DNA of 64,000 nucleotides from the human T2T-CHM13v2.0 reference genome, Homo sapiens. The stretch lies in assembly GCF_009914755.1 (NCBI RefSeq), contig NC_060932.1; one strand, given 5' to 3'. Below, in pieces: positions 36,667 through 50,710 of the stretch; position 1 is the first letter of the stretch; each line of letters begins with the position of its first letter. The notes under the pieces are model-generated. The model was given only the letters and a program-made list of their open reading frames with translations. It searched no databases and was not told the origin of the DNA. The translations under genes and the position numbers were made by a program.

Positions 36667-36701
36667 TACACTTGATCTTGGCCAAAAGGCTGAGAAGCAA
36701 T
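36667..36701 (-). pseudogene. U2 snRNA 5' fragment (nt 1-35) pseudogene
   Basis: Reverse complement ATTGCTTCTCAGCCTTTTGGCCAAGATCAAGTGTA versus U2 ATCGCTTCTCGGCCTTTTGGCTAAGATCAAGTGTA: 32/35 identical. Confidence 0.93.
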
Positions 36702-36764
36702 AGTTACCAGAGTAGAGGGCATTATTGACCTTGGGAAAAGTGGACAGAAGCCAATAAAAGCTTT

Positions 36765-37062
36765 TTTTCTTTACTTTCTTTCTTTTCTTTTCTTTTCTTA
36801 ATTTTTTTTTTTTTTTTTTTTGAGTCAGGGTCTCACTCTGTCACTCAGGCTGGAGTTCAGTGGCATGATCACGGCTCACTGTAGCCTCGACTTCCTGGGC
36901 TCAAGTGATCCTCTCGCCTCAGACCTCCTAGTAGTTGGGACTGCAGGCATGTGCCACCATGCCTGAAGAATTTATTTATTTATTTTTGTAAAGATGGGGT
37001 CTTGCTCTGTTGCCCAGGCTAGTCTCAAACTCCTGGGCTTAAGTGATCCTCTTGCCTTGGCC
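36765..37062 (-). mobile_element. AluJ, 5'-truncated
   Basis: 15-bp TSD GCCAATAAAAGCTTT at 36750-36764 and 37060-37074, overlapping the truncation point. Confidence 0.95.
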
Positions 37063-40052
37063 AATAAAAGCTTTCATAACAGTAGAAGCTGTGGAATGAA
37101 GGAATAAAATCCTGGCTGAAACAGATTCAGAAGAACATGGGAGTAGAGGAAGCAGAAAAAGTGAATATAGGTAACTGTTTCGAATAAATTTGCTGTAGTG
37201 GGGAATAGAGAAATAGGGTGTGGCTGGTCACTCATGTGCAGCCCAGGGAGCCATTTTGTTGCTATTGTTTAAATGTGGAAAATGCTGCAACATGTTTACA
37301 TGCTTATAGAAATGATCCAACAAAGAGAACAAGCTAGGTGTTGTGGGAAAGAAAGGGTGCAATTGCCACAGTGGTGTCTATGACTAGGCTAGAGGGGATT
37401 AGCACACTAACAAAGGAGGTGGCCTTAGATGCAAGTTTGTTTGGGTCATTCATTGTTATAGAAGTAGAAGCTGATAAAATGGGTACCCACACAGACACAT
37501 GTTACATTTGCCGGTGGAAGCATGTGGATTTTTTCCTCTAATTGTACCTATTTTGTCAACTTGTCCCCTGGCTACGTTTTCCTCTAGCATAGAGTAACAC
37601 AGTTGTTTCTCTATTGTCTGTCAATGTCTTACAATCCCCAGCGCTTGGCTGAGCTCAAACAGCCCTGTTTCTGTGAGCCTGCTGCCCACATAAAGAGCAT
37701 TGGTGAACAGTTGCAATATGAACAGCTGCAATGAAATGAATCATTAGGCTAGGTAGAAGCAATTTACCTAGCTGATTGTTGGCATGAAAACGAGTTGTTG
37801 GACTGTTACTTGTCTCAGCAGAGTTAGGGTGAACATTTATTGGTACGGAATTATTAGACATTTAAGTTCTCAGTTTTATGTTTTACCGCATTGTACAACA
37901 AACTGTCCTGATACTGTGGGATGCTGGAAAAGTTAAAAAAAATAAATGAAAACATTACCTTTCACATAAAGGAAGAATGATCAAGACATTTTATGGCTAA
38001 TGAAAACAGCCATATTTGAAAAAAATTCCTATATTTAAAACAAGAACAATATTTAAAGCTAAAACTATACTCATAAAATTTCCATCAGAAATTTAAAAAA
38101 TATGTATATGTTTTCACTTTGTGATTCCTCTTCTAGGAATCTACTAGAATAAAGCACATAATGTTTTATTCACAATGTGATTGCCTTCAACAGTATGTAT
38201 TAAGTGCCAGATCCTGTGCTAAACAGTTGAGATAAAATGGTCAGTCCCTCTGGGAATTGCTTCACTCTGGCAAATGAGTTAAGCCCCATACCTTGGTTTG
38301 CCAACTCACAAATCTCTTCCTTTCTTGTAAAGGAAGGAGACAGTATGGGGGTTTCTTGTAAACTGCCATTCTCCAACCTGGCCACCACAGATTAGCTTAC
38401 TTTTAGGTTGCTTGTAAGTGGTTTTCTCAACTTATCTACATAGTATTTGTGCTGCTTCTTGAAAATCTGTGCACTGTAAATCAATGTACTACTTTTGCTA
38501 TTTCCCATGCCTGAAGTTATCTCCCACTAGGTGGAAATCTGTTTTCTTTTTCAAATGACTCAACTTTTTTGTCTGCTATTGCCACCAGGTAGGGAGATAT
38601 CCCCCACTCCCCACCCCCATCTCTACTCTTTTCCTCTCACCTTGTTCTTGTCTCCTGCTAATTGCCAGTCCTAGGCAGAGCAATCACTTTCCTCCTCCCA
38701 AGAGGATGAAGATCTTAAGAAACACAGTAGTCATCCATTTATTCTCTCACCATGGGGAGCTTCCCTTTTACCTGTTAGCCAGCTCTTCCAGCCATCATCA
38801 ACCAATTAACTTTCAAATAGACTCAACCAGACCTCTTTTCTAATTGATTCATATTTAGACTACTACGAATGAATTAAAGAGGTTGGCTACAAAAACATTC
38901 TATTACCACGGAAGACTGCTTATTAAATCCTGTCAGACAAAAAATACCTAAGATATAAACATCTAAAAAATTACAGTATAAAACAAAACCCTAAAAGCAA
39001 CACTTATGAAAATAAGCTGGAAGGAAATGCAATAAAGTTAATTAAAATATAAAAGTGATTCTTCATATAGTTTTGGTTCTTTCTTCCGTAACTGCTTTAT
39101 ATTGGAAACAACATTAATGAATGTTTTTCCTGTTGACCACATGCCAGATTTTATAATGAAATTACCTGGTTTGACAGTGAACTTGTTTAGAACTTATCTA
39201 TTCTTTCAAGGGAGAAATGGTAAACTGGTGACCTATAGCTGTGTTTTGTTGGATCTATCATTTGAAATAATTTTAACTTATTTTGGTAGTATTGCAAAAT
39301 ATGTACTTCTAGATATTGGAGGTTTTTTGAATAAAGAAGATGATATGGTATCACTAGGCCCCCTTTTCCATATGGCAACCCTCAGCTACATGGGCTCTTT
39401 GCGAAAGGAAGGACTTCTTGGTGCACTTAAGTTCACCTCTGTTTCTCTTTTCTACCTCCTGTCTCTTTTGTTATCAGATTAACTCTGTTGTTTTAATATC
39501 CCCAATGTGCTTTATTCATGGATTTTTGCCTGCCTGCGTCATAGAAATCTGAGATTGTTCACTCTTGTAATTTTCAAAAACTTTCAATCAACCAACCAAT
39601 CAATCATCACATGGCTCTCCTCACTTTGCTAGGAACACAAGAAGACCCATTTTTTGAAAGTCTTCATTTAAGTACCATGAAACAATATAGTAATTGTCCA
39701 ATTTCCTTCTTTCTATGCCAAAAGAAAGGAAGGAGACTCAGAAGTTCTGTCAGCTCTGGTTTTCTATGGCAACAGGCAACCGAGCTGTCATCTCTCCATG
39801 ATAAATAGTGAAGCAATTTTTGATAGGACCACAAACTGCCTATAGGCTGGCTCCTCTCTCAGGGCCACTGCACACACTCATAAAATTTTTGTCTTTTGTC
39901 TGCTGACTCATGTCTAACCACCTACCTGTAAAGCACTCTTGCTGTTTCTGATCCTAGCCTGCTTCATCTTGGTACATCTAGTTTTTGGCAGCATTATTAA
40001 TGACTTTTAAGGATACAAAGCACAGATGGAGGCTCTAGCAGGTAGTTTACCA

Positions 40053-40084
<32 letters not shown>
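40053..40084. repeat. (CT)n(AT)n compound microsatellite
   Basis: Read directly from the sequence. Confidence 0.95.
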
Positions 40085-40499
40085 GACATATAATACATAG
40101 TATATAAATATTATGTATAATAAATACTTATATATGTACTATGAGTAATTACTTTTTTTGAAGTAAGGCCAGACTTTCAGATTGCACTGTTTTGAGTACC
40201 AGGATCACTGTTTTACTTCTGGGATTACCTGATATATTGGTTACTTTAGGCTATCAATTAAAGTACACTGTGCTTCTGGTATTGAATTTTGAAAAAGAGA
40301 AAATGAAATTGTGGTAGTAACGGATGAAAGATATCAATTTAATTAAATCATTAACAATTTTAAAGTACCTTAATAGCAAAACAAAATTTAAATATCGTTA
40401 TCAACCCCAAAATAAAATTATCAGTCATCAGAGAAAGTGGCAATGAGCATTTTCATATCTGGATACTTTGCTGATTCTTTCTTTTTTATTTTGGTTATG

Positions 40500-41480
40500 A
40501 TTTGTTTTGTAATGCAAAGTCTTTTTTATTTTTTAGGTAGTAAAGTTTATTAAGCTTTTTTATTACTTCTGAATTTTGAATTTTAGGACATAATGTACAT
40601 TTCTAGGCTGTAGAAGAATTAGCATTTTTCCCCTAGTATTAGTATGGTTTTATTATTTTACATTTAAATCTCTGACTCATTGGGAATTTTTTCTGGTGTG
40701 TGGCACAAGGGACAAATTCAAATTTAGATTTTTCCATATGGCTACTTAGTTACTCCAGCACTACTTACTTAAATCCACCTTTTTCCTACAGATTTTAGAT
40801 GTTAACCTTAATATACTATATTTTTATCTGCATTTAGATATATTTCTGTATTTCTATTCTGTTCTATGGTTTGATTCATGTGCTAATATCACACTTTTTA
40901 AATTATAGAAGTTTAAATAGGTTATAATATCTGGTAGGAATACTACTATATCTATTAGTTTTATTTTTCAGGGTTTTCCTGGCTTAATTTTTTTTTTTTT
41001 TTTTAGATGAGGTCTTGCTGTGTTGCCTAGGCGGGCCTTGAACTCCTCTGCTCAGGCAATTCTCCCTCTACAAACTCCCAAGTAGCTAGGATTACAGGCA
41101 TGTGATACTGCGCCTGGCTTTCTGGCTACTTTTGCTCATCTGTTTTTTTTCAAATGAACTTTATAACCAACTTAACTAGTTTAAAAAAAGAAAAAAGAAA
41201 AGAAAGAAAGGAGAGAGGAAAAACCTCCTGAAACAGAAAGGCAAAAACAAGTACCTGATAGAATATGTATTATTCCTCAAGTTTGATGTTCATTATTTTC
41301 ATTGTTGTATTTCCAATTTCCCTTTGATTTATGTTTTGACCTCAGAGTTACTTAAAGGTGTTTTAAATTTTAACTATAGGAGATGTTTTCTAAATTTTAG
41401 TTTTAAAAAATTAACTTCTTTATTGCATAGTGGTTAGAGAATATATTCAATATGATGGGCAATCTTTAAAATTTGCTGAG
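40500..41480 (-). mobile_element. Degenerate L1ME-type ORF2 fragments with an inserted FLAM (about 40988-41118)
   Basis: 'tttacatttaaatctctgactcattggga...ttttccatatggctacttagttactccagcac'; single Alu arm with T tail. Confidence 0.75.
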
Positions 41481-41502
41481 ACCTACTTTATGTTCTAGAA
41501 AA

Positions 41503-41662
41503 ATGGTTCTCCAGCCTAGATTTACATTAGAATCACCTACAAAGGTTTATGATCTGCTCATGCCTAGAACCCATTCTAGACCAATTAAATCAGTATTGCT
41601 GGGGATAGAACTCAAGCATTTGCACTTTTAAAGAGTTCCTAGGAGATTTTACAGTGCACTTT
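41503..41662. mobile_element. MER5-type MITE
   Basis: 'atggttctcc...cattagaatcacct...agaccaattaaatcag'. Confidence 0.7.
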
Positions 41663-42074
41663 GGGCATAGTATATAGTCAACTTTTATATATACTCTATG
41701 TAAACTTGAAACAACTGTTCTTTAGGAACTAGCTACTGTGATGTTCAAATATACTGTATCCTAAATGAATTTTTAAATCCTTGATCCATTCATAAATGAA
41801 GATAAATATTTTAAAATCATCCATCCTATGAGTGTGGAATTACCAATTTCATTTTGTAATTGACAGAATTGCATGCTCTCTCTGTCATCTCTGATCTTAC
41901 AATATTAAAACTATATAAGTTTAGTATTTGGAGGTTAAAAATTCTGTTTTAATCTCATATTTTTCAAAGATATTTAACATGCATGTTTACTTAAGAAATT
42001 CTAAAATTAATCAAACTAAATTTTTTTGAATGTCTGTCACCCCTCTTTAGAAGAGACATTTTATTCTTTCCGAC

Positions 42075-42531
42075 TTAAAAAAATATACTTCATTGTTTAG
42101 AGCAGCTTTAGGATCACAGCAAAATTAAGTTGAAGGTATACAGATTTCTCATATACCTTTGACCCCACCCTTGCATAACCTTCCCCATTATCAACATCCC
42201 CCAAGAGAGTGGTACCTTTGTGACAATCGGTACACCTGCATTGACACATCATTATCACCCAAATTCCATAGTTTACATTACGGTCCACTCTTGGTGTTGA
42301 ACATTCTATGAGTTAGGACAAATTTATAATGACATGTATCCATCATCATAGTATCACACTGAGTTGTTTCACTGCCCTAAAATCCTCTATTTTCTGACTA
42401 TTTGTCTTCCTAACCCCCCAGCCCCAGGCAACCACTGTTTTTCTTTCTTTCTTGTCTTCACAGTTTTGCCTTCTCCAGAATAGCTGTAATCATAGAGTGT
42501 GTACAGTGCGTACCCTTTTCAGATTGGCTTC
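42075..42531 (-). mobile_element. L1MC1/2-like 3' UTR fragment
   Basis: 'tttagagcagctttaggatcacagcaaaatt...acacatcattatcacccaaattccatagtttacatta'. Confidence 0.88.
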
Positions 42532-42632
42532 TTTTTCTTTTGAGATGGAGTCTCACTCTGTCACCCAGGCTGGAGTGCAGTGGTGCAATCTCAGCTCACT
42601 GCAACCTCTGCCTCCTAGGTTCAAGAGATTCT
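42532..42632 (-). mobile_element. Alu 3' fragment (about 100 bp)
   Basis: 'tgagatggagtctcactctgtcacccaggctgg...ttcaagagattct' then ends abruptly. Confidence 0.92.
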
Positions 42633-43998
42633 AGTATTTTAAATTATATTCACCCCAAATAATGTTCTACATATAGTTTGCCATATTGCTAGAAATATGT
42701 TAGCAATAATGATTAAAAATGAATTGATGGGGATTGTGGAGAAGATGAGAGATAGGAGGCAGGAAAAGTTTGCAGCTCCTGCTAGGACAGACAGAACAGC
42801 ATATGGAGACTCACATAATGAACTTTTGCTCCAAGAACTGCCACAGGAACATATCAGGAAAACTGAGAGAATCCACAGACCCTTTGAAGGAACTAGATCA
42901 CTGCTGCAGGCTCCCTGAGATGCTGAAAAACTGAGTCTGTTTGCTGTCTCAATGAGGAGACTAGTGGTCTGGGCAAGTTCTCAGCCCTGGTCACTGGCTG
43001 CCTGGAAATAGACTCAGTGCTACTGGTAGGGCACTGTGGGAGTGAGACCAGCCCTTAGGACTGCATGCTACGTGGGAGCGGGTGAGGCCTGTGACTGCTT
43101 TCCCCCACTTCCCTGGCAACATGTATGACTCAGCAGAGGCAGCCATAATCCCCCTGGGAATATAACTCCTTTGGCCTGGAAACCACACTCCCATCCCCCA
43201 CAACAGCCACAGCAAACCCCATCAGAGGTGAGTCTGAGCTCAGACACACCTACGCCTACCCCCACCTGGTGGTCTTTCTTTACCCACTCCGTTTGCTGAA
43301 GACAAAAGACGTAATATCTTGGGAGCTCTATAACCCTGCCCACCACCTAAGAAACCTGAATACTTAACCAGGCAACCCTAGGGCAAGTTTACATCCTCCC
43401 TATACCCTATAGTACTGCAGCTGATGCGCTCTTGAAAGCACCACCTCCTGACTGGAAGCCAACCAACACAAAATTGGCACAACTGAAAAAAATACAACCA
43501 AAGACCTGCACAGAGTCCACTTCATTCCCCTGCTATCTCCACTGGAGCAGGTTTTGGTATCCATGGCTGAGAGACCTGAAGACGGATCACATCACAGGAC
43601 TCTTTTCAGACACTCCCTAGTACCACCCTGAAGTCCTGTAGCTCCACTGGGTGGCCAGACCCAGAAGGGTAAAAACAATCACTGCAGTTCAGCCCTAAAG
43701 AAGCCCCATCCCTAGGGAAAGGGGGAAATCACCACATCATGGGAGCACCCCATGGTACAAAAGAATCTGAACAGCAGCCCTTGGATCCCAGATCTTCCCT
43801 CTGAAATAGTCTACGCAAATGAGATGGAACCAGAAAAGATCTCACCAGCTCACCAGCAATGGATCTAAACCAAGATGAAATCTGAATTGCCAGAAAAAGA
43901 ATTAAGAAGGTTGATTATTAAGCTAATCAAGGAGACACCAGAGGAAGGTGAAATCCAACTTAAAGAAATAAAAAACATGATATAGGATATAAAAGGAA

Positions 43999-44225
43999 AA
44001 CAATGAGAACACATGGACACAGGAAGGGGAACATCACACACTGGGGCCTGTCGTGGGGTGGGGGGAGGGGGGAGGGATAGCATTAAGAGATATACCTAAT
44101 GCTAAATGACAAGTTAATGGGTGCAGCACACCAGCATGGCACATGTATACATATGTAACTAACCTGCACATTGTGCACATGTACCCTAAAACTTAAAGTA
44201 TAATAATAATAAAAAAAATTAAAAA
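43999..44225 (+). mobile_element. L1PA2/3-like 3' UTR fragment inside L1PB ORF1
   Basis: 'ccagcatggcacatgtatacatatgtaactaacctgcacattgtgcacatgtaccctaaaacttaaagtataat'. Confidence 0.93.
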
Positions 44226-45508
44226 ACAAAAATATTCAGTGAAATAGATAACATAAATTTTAAAAAATCACAACTTCTGAAAATCAAGGACACACTTAGA
44301 GAAAAGCAAAATGCACTAGAAAGTCTCAGCAATAGAATCGAACAAGCAGGAGAAAGAACTTCAGAGCTCAAAGACGAGGCTTTCAAATTAACCCTTCTGA
44401 CAAAGGAAAACAGAATACAAAAATGAACAAAGCCTCCAAGAAGTCTGAGACTATGTTAAGCATCCAAACCAAAGAATAATTGGTGTTCCTGGGGAAGAAG
44501 AGAAATCTAAAAGTTTGGAGAATATATTTGAGGGAATAATTCAGGAAAACTTCCCTGGCCTTGCCAGAGATCCAGACATCCAAATACAAGAAGCTCAAAG
44601 AACACCTGGGAAATTCATCACAAAAATATCATCGCCTAGCACATAGTCAGGTTATCTAAAGTCAAGATGAAGGAAAAAATCTTAAGAGCTCTGAGGCAAA
44701 AACATCAAGTAACTTATAAAGGAAAACCTACTAGAGTAACAGCAGATTTCTCAGCAGAAACACTTCAAGCTAGAAGGGATTGGAATCCTATTTTTAGCCT
44801 CCTTAAACAAAACAATTAGCAGCCAAAAATTTCGTATCCAGTGAAACTAAGCATCATGAAAGAAGGAAAGAGACAGTCTTTTCCAGACAAACAAATGCTA
44901 AGGGAATTTCCCACTACCAAGCCAGTACTTAAAGAACTGCTAAAAGGGGCTCTAAATCTTGAAATAAAACCTCAACATACACCAAAATAGAACCTCCTTA
45001 AAGCATAAATCTCATGCGGTCTATATAACAATAACAATAAAAAAGCCAATGTATTCAGGCAACAAATAGCATGATGAATGGCATAGTACCTCACATCTCA
45101 GTACTAATATTGAATGTAAATGGCCAAATGCTCCACTTAAAATATACAGAATGGCAGAATGGATAATAATTCACCAACAAAGTGTCTGGTGTCTTCAGGA
45201 GACTCACCTAACACATAATGACTCACATAAACTTAAGGTAAAGGGATGGAAAAAGATATTCCAGCAAATGGACACCAAAAGCGAGCAGGAAAAGCTATTC
45301 TTATATCAGACAAAACAAACTAAAGCAACAGCAGTTAAAAAAGACAAAGAGGAACATTATATAATGGTAGAAGGACTAGTCCAAGAGGAAAATACCACAA
45401 TCCTAAATATATATACACCTAAGACTGGAGCTCCTACATTTATAAAACAATTACTACTAGACCTAAGAAATGAGATAGACGGCAACACAATAATAGTGGG
45501 GGACTTTA

Positions 45509-45807
<299 letters not shown>

Positions 45808-48800
45808 TCGAGGACTTTAATACTCTACTGACAGAACTAGACAGGTCATCAAGACGGAAAACCAACAAAGAAACAATGCAGTTAAACTATACCCTACAAC
45901 AAATGGACTTATCTACCCAACAACTGCAGAATATACATTCTATTCATCAGCACCTGGAACATTCTTCAAGATAGATCACATGATAGACCACAAAACAAGT
46001 CTCAGTAATTTTAGGAAAATCGAAATTATATTAAGTACTCTTTCAGATCACAGTGGAATAAAATTTGAAATCAACTCCAAAAGGAACCCTTGAAACCATG
46101 CAAACACACGAAAATTAAATGACCTGTTCCTGAATGATCACTGGGTCAACAACGAAATCAAGATGAAAATTAAAAAATTCTTTGAACTGAACAATAATAG
46201 TGACACAACCTATCAAAACCCCTGGGATATATCAAAAGTGGTGCGAAGAGCAACATTCATAGCATTAAAGGCGTACATCAAAAAGTCAGAAAGAGAACAA
46301 AGTGACAATCTAAGGTCACACCTCATGGACCTGGAGAAACAAGAAAAAAAACAACCCCAAACCCAGCAGAAGAAAAGAAATAACCAAGATCAGAGCAGAA
46401 CTAAATGAACCTGAAACAAACAAACAAAAAAATACAAAAGAGATGACACAAAAAACCGTTTCTTTGAAAAGATAAATAAAATTCACAGAACATTAGTGAG
46501 ATGAACCAAGAAAAGACAAGAGAAGATTCAAACAAGCTCAGTTAGAAATAAAACAGGAGATATTACTACTGATACCACAGAAATACAAAAGGTTTTTCAA
46601 GGCTACTATGAACACCTTTACACACATAAACTAGAAAACTTAGAGAAGATGGATAAATTCCTGGAAATATACAACCCTCCTAGATTAAACCAGGAAGAAA
46701 TAGAAACTCTGAACAGACCAATAACAAGCAGTGAGTTTAAAATGGTAATAAAAAAATTGCCAAGAAAAAAAAGTCCAGGATCAGATGGATTTACAGCTGA
46801 ACCCTATCAGACATTCAAAGAAGAGTTGGTACCAATCCTATTGACACTATTCTACAGGACAGAGATAAAGGGAATTGTCCTTAAATCATTATATGAAGCC
46901 AATAACACTCTACCACCCAAACCAGGGAAGGACATAAAAATAACAACAAAAACTACAGATCAATATCCCTGATGAACATATATGCAACAATCCTTAACAA
47001 ATTACTAGCTAACCAAACCTAACACCATATCAAAAGATAATCCACCATGATCAAATGGGATTTATACCAGGGATACAGGGATGGCTTTTCATTCATAAGT
47101 CAATAAATGTGATACATCACATAAACGGGATTAAAAACAAAATTACATGATCATCTCAGTAGATGCAGAAAAACCATTTGACAAAAATCCACAATTGCTT
47201 TATGATTAAAACCCTCAGAAAAACTGGCATAGAAGGTACATACCTTAAGGTAATAAAAGCCATCTATGATAAACCCACAGCCAACATTATACTAGATGGG
47301 GAAAAGTTGAAAGCATTCCCCTTGAGAAGTGGAACAAGACAAAAATGTCCACTTTCACCACTTCTATTTAACATAGTACTGAAAGTCATAGCCAGAGCAA
47401 TCAGACAAGAGAAAGAAACAAGGGCATCCGTATCAGTAAAGAGGAAGTCAGACTGTCGCTATTTGCTGATGATATAATCTTATAGGAGGAAAACCCTAAA
47501 GACTCACTCATAAAGGTCCTAGAACTGGTAAATGAATTAAGCAAAGTTTCAGGATACAAAATTAATGTACATAAATCAGTAGCTCTGCTATACACCAACA
47601 GTGACCAAGCTGAGAATCAAATCAAGAACTCGATCCCCTTTACAGTAGCTGCAAAAAGTAAAATAAAATACGTAGGAATATACCTAATGAGGAGGTAAAA
47701 GACCTCTACAAGGAAAACTACAAAACACTGTTGAAAGAAATCACAAACAACACAAACATGGAAACAAATCCCATTGTGTAAATGACCACACTGCCAAAAG
47801 CAATCTACAAATTCAGTGTAATTCCTGTCAAAAATACCACCATCATTCTTCACAGAACTAGAAAAAACAATTCTAAAATTCATATGGAACCAAAAAAGAT
47901 CCTGCATAGACAAAGCAAGGCTAAACAAAAGAAACAAATCTGGAGGCATCACATTACCCAACTTCAAGCTATGCTATAAGGTCATAGTCACCGAAACAGC
48001 ATGCTACTGGTATAAAAATAGGCATATAGACCAACTGAACTGAATAGAGAACCCAGAAATAAAGCCAAATACTTAGAGCCAACTGCTCTTTGACAAAGCA
48101 AACAAAAATGTAAAGTGGGGAAAGGACACCCTTTTCAACAAATGATGCTGGGATAATTGGCAAGCCACATGTAGAAGAACGAAACTGGATCCTGGTCTCT
48201 CACCTTATACAAAAATCAACTCAAGATGGATCAAAGACTTAAATCTAAGACCTGAAACCATAAAAATTCTAGACAATAACATCAGAAAAACCCTTCTAGA
48301 CACTGGCCTAGGAAAAGACTTCATGACCAAGAACCCAAAAGCAAATGCAACAAAACCAAAGATACATAGATGGGATTTAATTAAACTAAAAAGCTTTTGC
48401 ACAGCAAAGTAAATAATCAGCAGAGTTAACAGACAACCCACAGAGTGGGAGAAAATCTTCACAATCTATATATCTGACAAAGGACTAATATCCAGAATCT
48501 GCAAGGAACTCAAACACATCAGCAAGAAAAAAAACAAGCAATCCAATTAAAAAGTGGGCTAAGGACATGAATAGACAATTCTCAAAAGAAGATATACAAA
48601 TGGCCAACAAGCATATGGAAAAATTCTCAACATCACTAATTATCAGGGAAATGCAAATCAAAACCACAATGCAATACCACCTCACTCCTGCAATAATGGC
48701 CATAATCAAAAAATGAAAAAATAATAGATGTTGGCATGGGTGTGGTTAAAAAGGAACACTTACACTGTTGGTGGGAATGTAAACTAGTACAATCACTATG

Positions 48801-49038
48801 GAAAACAGTTTGGAGATTCCTTAAAGAAGTAAAAGTAGATCTACCATTTGATCCAGCAATCCCACTACTAGGTATCTACCCGGAGGAAAAGAAGTCATTA
48901 TAGCAAAAAGGTACTTGCGCATGCATGTTTATAGCAGCACAATTTGCTGTTGCAAAAATATGGAACCAACCCAAATGCTTGTCAATCAATGAGTAAATAA
49001 AGTGTGATATATATCACAACTTATATATATTCCATGGC

Positions 49039-49055
49039 ATATATATATATATATG

Positions 49056-49098
<43 letters not shown>
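49039..49098. repeat. (TA)n(CA)n microsatellite expanded within L1PB
   Basis: Read directly from the sequence; about 20 CA units. Confidence 0.95.
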
Positions 49099-49101
<3 letters not shown>

Positions 49102-49189
49102 GGAATACTACTCAGCCATGAAAAGGAACAAAATAATGGCATTTTCAGCAGCTTGGATGGAATTGGAGAGTGTAATAATAATAATAATT

Positions 49190-49489
49190 ATTATTTTTTG
49201 AGACAGAGTCTTGCTCTGTTGTCCAGGCTGAAGTGCAGTGGCATGATCTTGGCTCACTGCAACCTCTGTCTCCTGGGTTCAAGTGATTCTCATGCCTCAG
49301 CCTCCTGAGTAGCTGGGATTAGAGGTGCACGCCACCAGCCCAGCTAATTTTTGTATTTTTAGTAGAGATGGGGTTTCACCATGTTGGCCAGGTTGGTCTC
49401 ACATTGCTGACCTCAAGTGATCCACCCACCTTGGCCTCCCAAAGGTCAGTCTCCACTGGGATTACAGGCATGAGCCACCGCACCTGGCC
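49190..49489 (-). mobile_element. AluS inside the L1PB 3' end
   Basis: TSD GAATTGGAGA at 49160-49169 and 49491-49500. Confidence 0.96.
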
Positions 49490-50710
49490 AGAATTGGAGA
49501 CTCTTATTCTAAGTGAAGTAACTCAGGAATGAAAAACCAAACATTGTACATTCTCACTTATAAGTAGGAGCTAAGTATTCTTATGCAGAAGCATAAGAAT
49601 GATACAATGGACTTTGGGGACTATGGGGAAAGAGTGGGAAGGGGGTGAAGGATAAAAGTTTACACATTGGGTACAGTGTTCTCTGCTCAGGATGATCTCA
49701 GAAATCATCAGTAAAGGACTTACTCATGTAACCAAACACCACCTGTTCCCCAAAAACCTATTGAAATAAAAAATAAATAAAAACAGATTTGATGATCTGT
49801 TGTTTAAATTGTTTGCAATGTTTAATTATAAAAGTATTGCTTACCATAGAGGAAAATTTCAATATGGGGCTAAAAGTAATAGTGCATTATTTTTATTATG
49901 CATCCCACAAAATTGGCAAGTGTGTAGCTGGTTTCCCTTTTTTAAAAAAAATGCTTATAAATTATTGAAGTATAAATTGCATTTTATTTTTGTAAACTTG
50001 ATAGCTGACATTCCTTTTCTATTTCAACTATGAAGTCACATATGGATTTTTAAGCATCTTTACTGCAGTGATTCTTGCTTTTTCTAGCTACAAGACAATA
50101 AACGTCAGTGTTTATGAGTGGTGATAAGATTCTGAATTCTATTCTGCTCTCATTGTTCCTGCTGTGAAATGATTGCCTATTTTAAAACCACCCAAATAGA
50201 GACTGATTGCTATTATGAACAAAGAAGACTATTCATAGAAATAACCTTCCTTCTCAGTATTATGAGTAACAATGGTGATGAAAAGCCATATACTATAGTG
50301 TAAAAGTCAGTCTTGCAGCACACCCTAGTCATAGGCACTGAACATTTCACTCACTCGCTGCTTGTTCATCATTTAACCACTTAACCTATCAGCCATTCAA
50401 CTGTCTCCTTTTTCAGACATAGCTATTTGACATTTCCAGGCAAAACACATCTTCTTTTGCTTGCTATTCATTAGTGTCCATCAAAATATATTTTTATATT
50501 AAAAAATAAGGCTGGACTGAGATAAAGTGCCAGAAATAAGCTGTTTTTCTTGGTAATGGACAAATGGCATCAGTGGGACTTCACAGGGGTGAACCCTGTG
50601 TCTTTCAGAAGGTAAGTGTTTCATTTGACAAGATAATGAATTGTTTGCTTTTGGAGGTGAAGAGTGGGACCTATACAGTTTCAATTCCTTTATGTACATA
50701 ATGGAGATGG

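Larger units (their letters stand above)
35372..37540 (-). mobile_element. L2a LINE (about 1.8 kb) containing a U2 fragment and an AluJ
   Basis: (CATT)n-like tail at about 35372-35405; 'gtcaggtgatgataaatgctatgaagg' and 'tgagatgggaaaccactggag'. Confidence 0.85.

Noticed and set aside
39102-39482. 126-aa ORF in unique sequence
   Set aside because: TTG start, no recognisable domain and no convincing splice boundaries; compatible with chance.
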